Below are positions 63,645 to 64,000 of a stretch of DNA of 64,000 bases, one piece after another. The notes under the pieces were generated by a model, which worked only from the letters and a program-made list of their open reading frames with translations, made no database searches and was not told where the DNA came from. The translations under genes and the position numbers were made by a program. Positions within the stretch are counted from its first letter, which is position 1, and the number at the start of each line of letters is the position of its first letter. Where the stretch lies: assembly GCA_913777025.1 (NCBI GenBank), contig CAJYQM010000090.1, positions 5,800-69,799 on the forward strand, given 5' to 3'. The DNA is from an uncultured Massilia sp. Lineage in GTDB: Bacteria > Pseudomonadota > Gammaproteobacteria > Burkholderiales > Burkholderiaceae_D.

Positions 63645-63715
63645 AAGATGTCGTCGTCTCTCGATGTCATATGTTTAATACGGTTTTATAGAACAACTTC
63701 AAGCGAATAAAAAAT

Positions 63716-63744
63716 TGGACAAAAAGAAAATTTAAAATTAATAT
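63716..63744 (+). promoter_or_regulatory. Sigma70-like promoter of the precursor gene
   Basis: TGGACA-N17-TAATAT in an A-rich context. Confidence 0.55.
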
Positions 63745-63789
63745 TTGCGCACTGGCAATTCGCTAGTAACAAAACGAAGGAGATATATA

Positions 63790-64000
63790 GTGAGAATTAT
63801 TAAGCAATCGGAAATTGAAGCTGTTAGCGGTGGTTCACTCCCGGCGCTGCTTACTGTAACGCCAGACGATATGTGCGGCTTGGCGGGCGCGGCAGGTAAA
63901 GATATTGGTTCCAAAGTCGGCGGTGCTATGGGCGGTACGCTCGGTACCGTATATGGTGTTGAAGTCGGCGGCACGATTGGCGCTGCAGGCGGCGCCCTTT
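63790..64000 (+). CDS. Double-glycine-leader microcin/bacteriocin precursor, 3' truncated by window edge
   Basis: AAGGAG SD, GTG start; MRIIKQSEIEAVSGG then a Gly/Ala-rich core; directly after the PCAT. Confidence 0.85.
   Translation, partial: MRIIKQSEIEAVSGGSLPALLTVTPDDMCGLAGAAGKDIGSKVGGAMGGTLGTVYGVEVGGTIGAAGGAL

Noticed and set aside
63738-63974. 78-aa minus-strand ORF
   Set aside because: Antisense shadow of the precursor, which has an SD, a promoter and a leader motif

Overview
GC-rich (roughly two-thirds GC by eye) betaproteobacterial chromosome segment. Gene content and REP sequences suggest Oxalobacteraceae (Massilia/Telluria-like); this is inference. Core blocks: an arginine succinyltransferase operon with an embedded large NAD-glutamate dehydrogenase (1-10.2 kb), nsrR-hmp with two NsrR boxes, yceI/yceI/cytochrome b561, purB/GST, bfr-bfd-feoAB with Fur boxes, cheW, mnmA-nudJ and pntAA/AB/B. 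Accessory genes lie between them: two Old Yellow Enzymes, a GH43 fusion, a LysR pseudogene, sensor kinases, an S46 peptidase, cls, a glycine-zipper repeat protein, a TonB receptor, a PEP-CTERM protein, a CocE/NonD hydrolase and an MCP. Two REP families and one MITE-like hairpin occur in intergenic spaces. Most notable: (1) a lower-GC island from about 60.1 kb with a CvaA/CvaB-like exporter and an unannotated double-glycine-leader microcin-like precursor running off the window end; (2) a BldC/Xis-like HTH-GAF regulator divergent from tandem GAF-EAL phosphodiesterases, with 9-bp ATCAAAT direct-repeat arrays at both promoters; (3) a GTKCG-N4-CGMAC site at class II CRP-type spacing upstream of three stress-type genes. 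No rRNA, tRNA, CRISPR array, integrase or transposase was seen.
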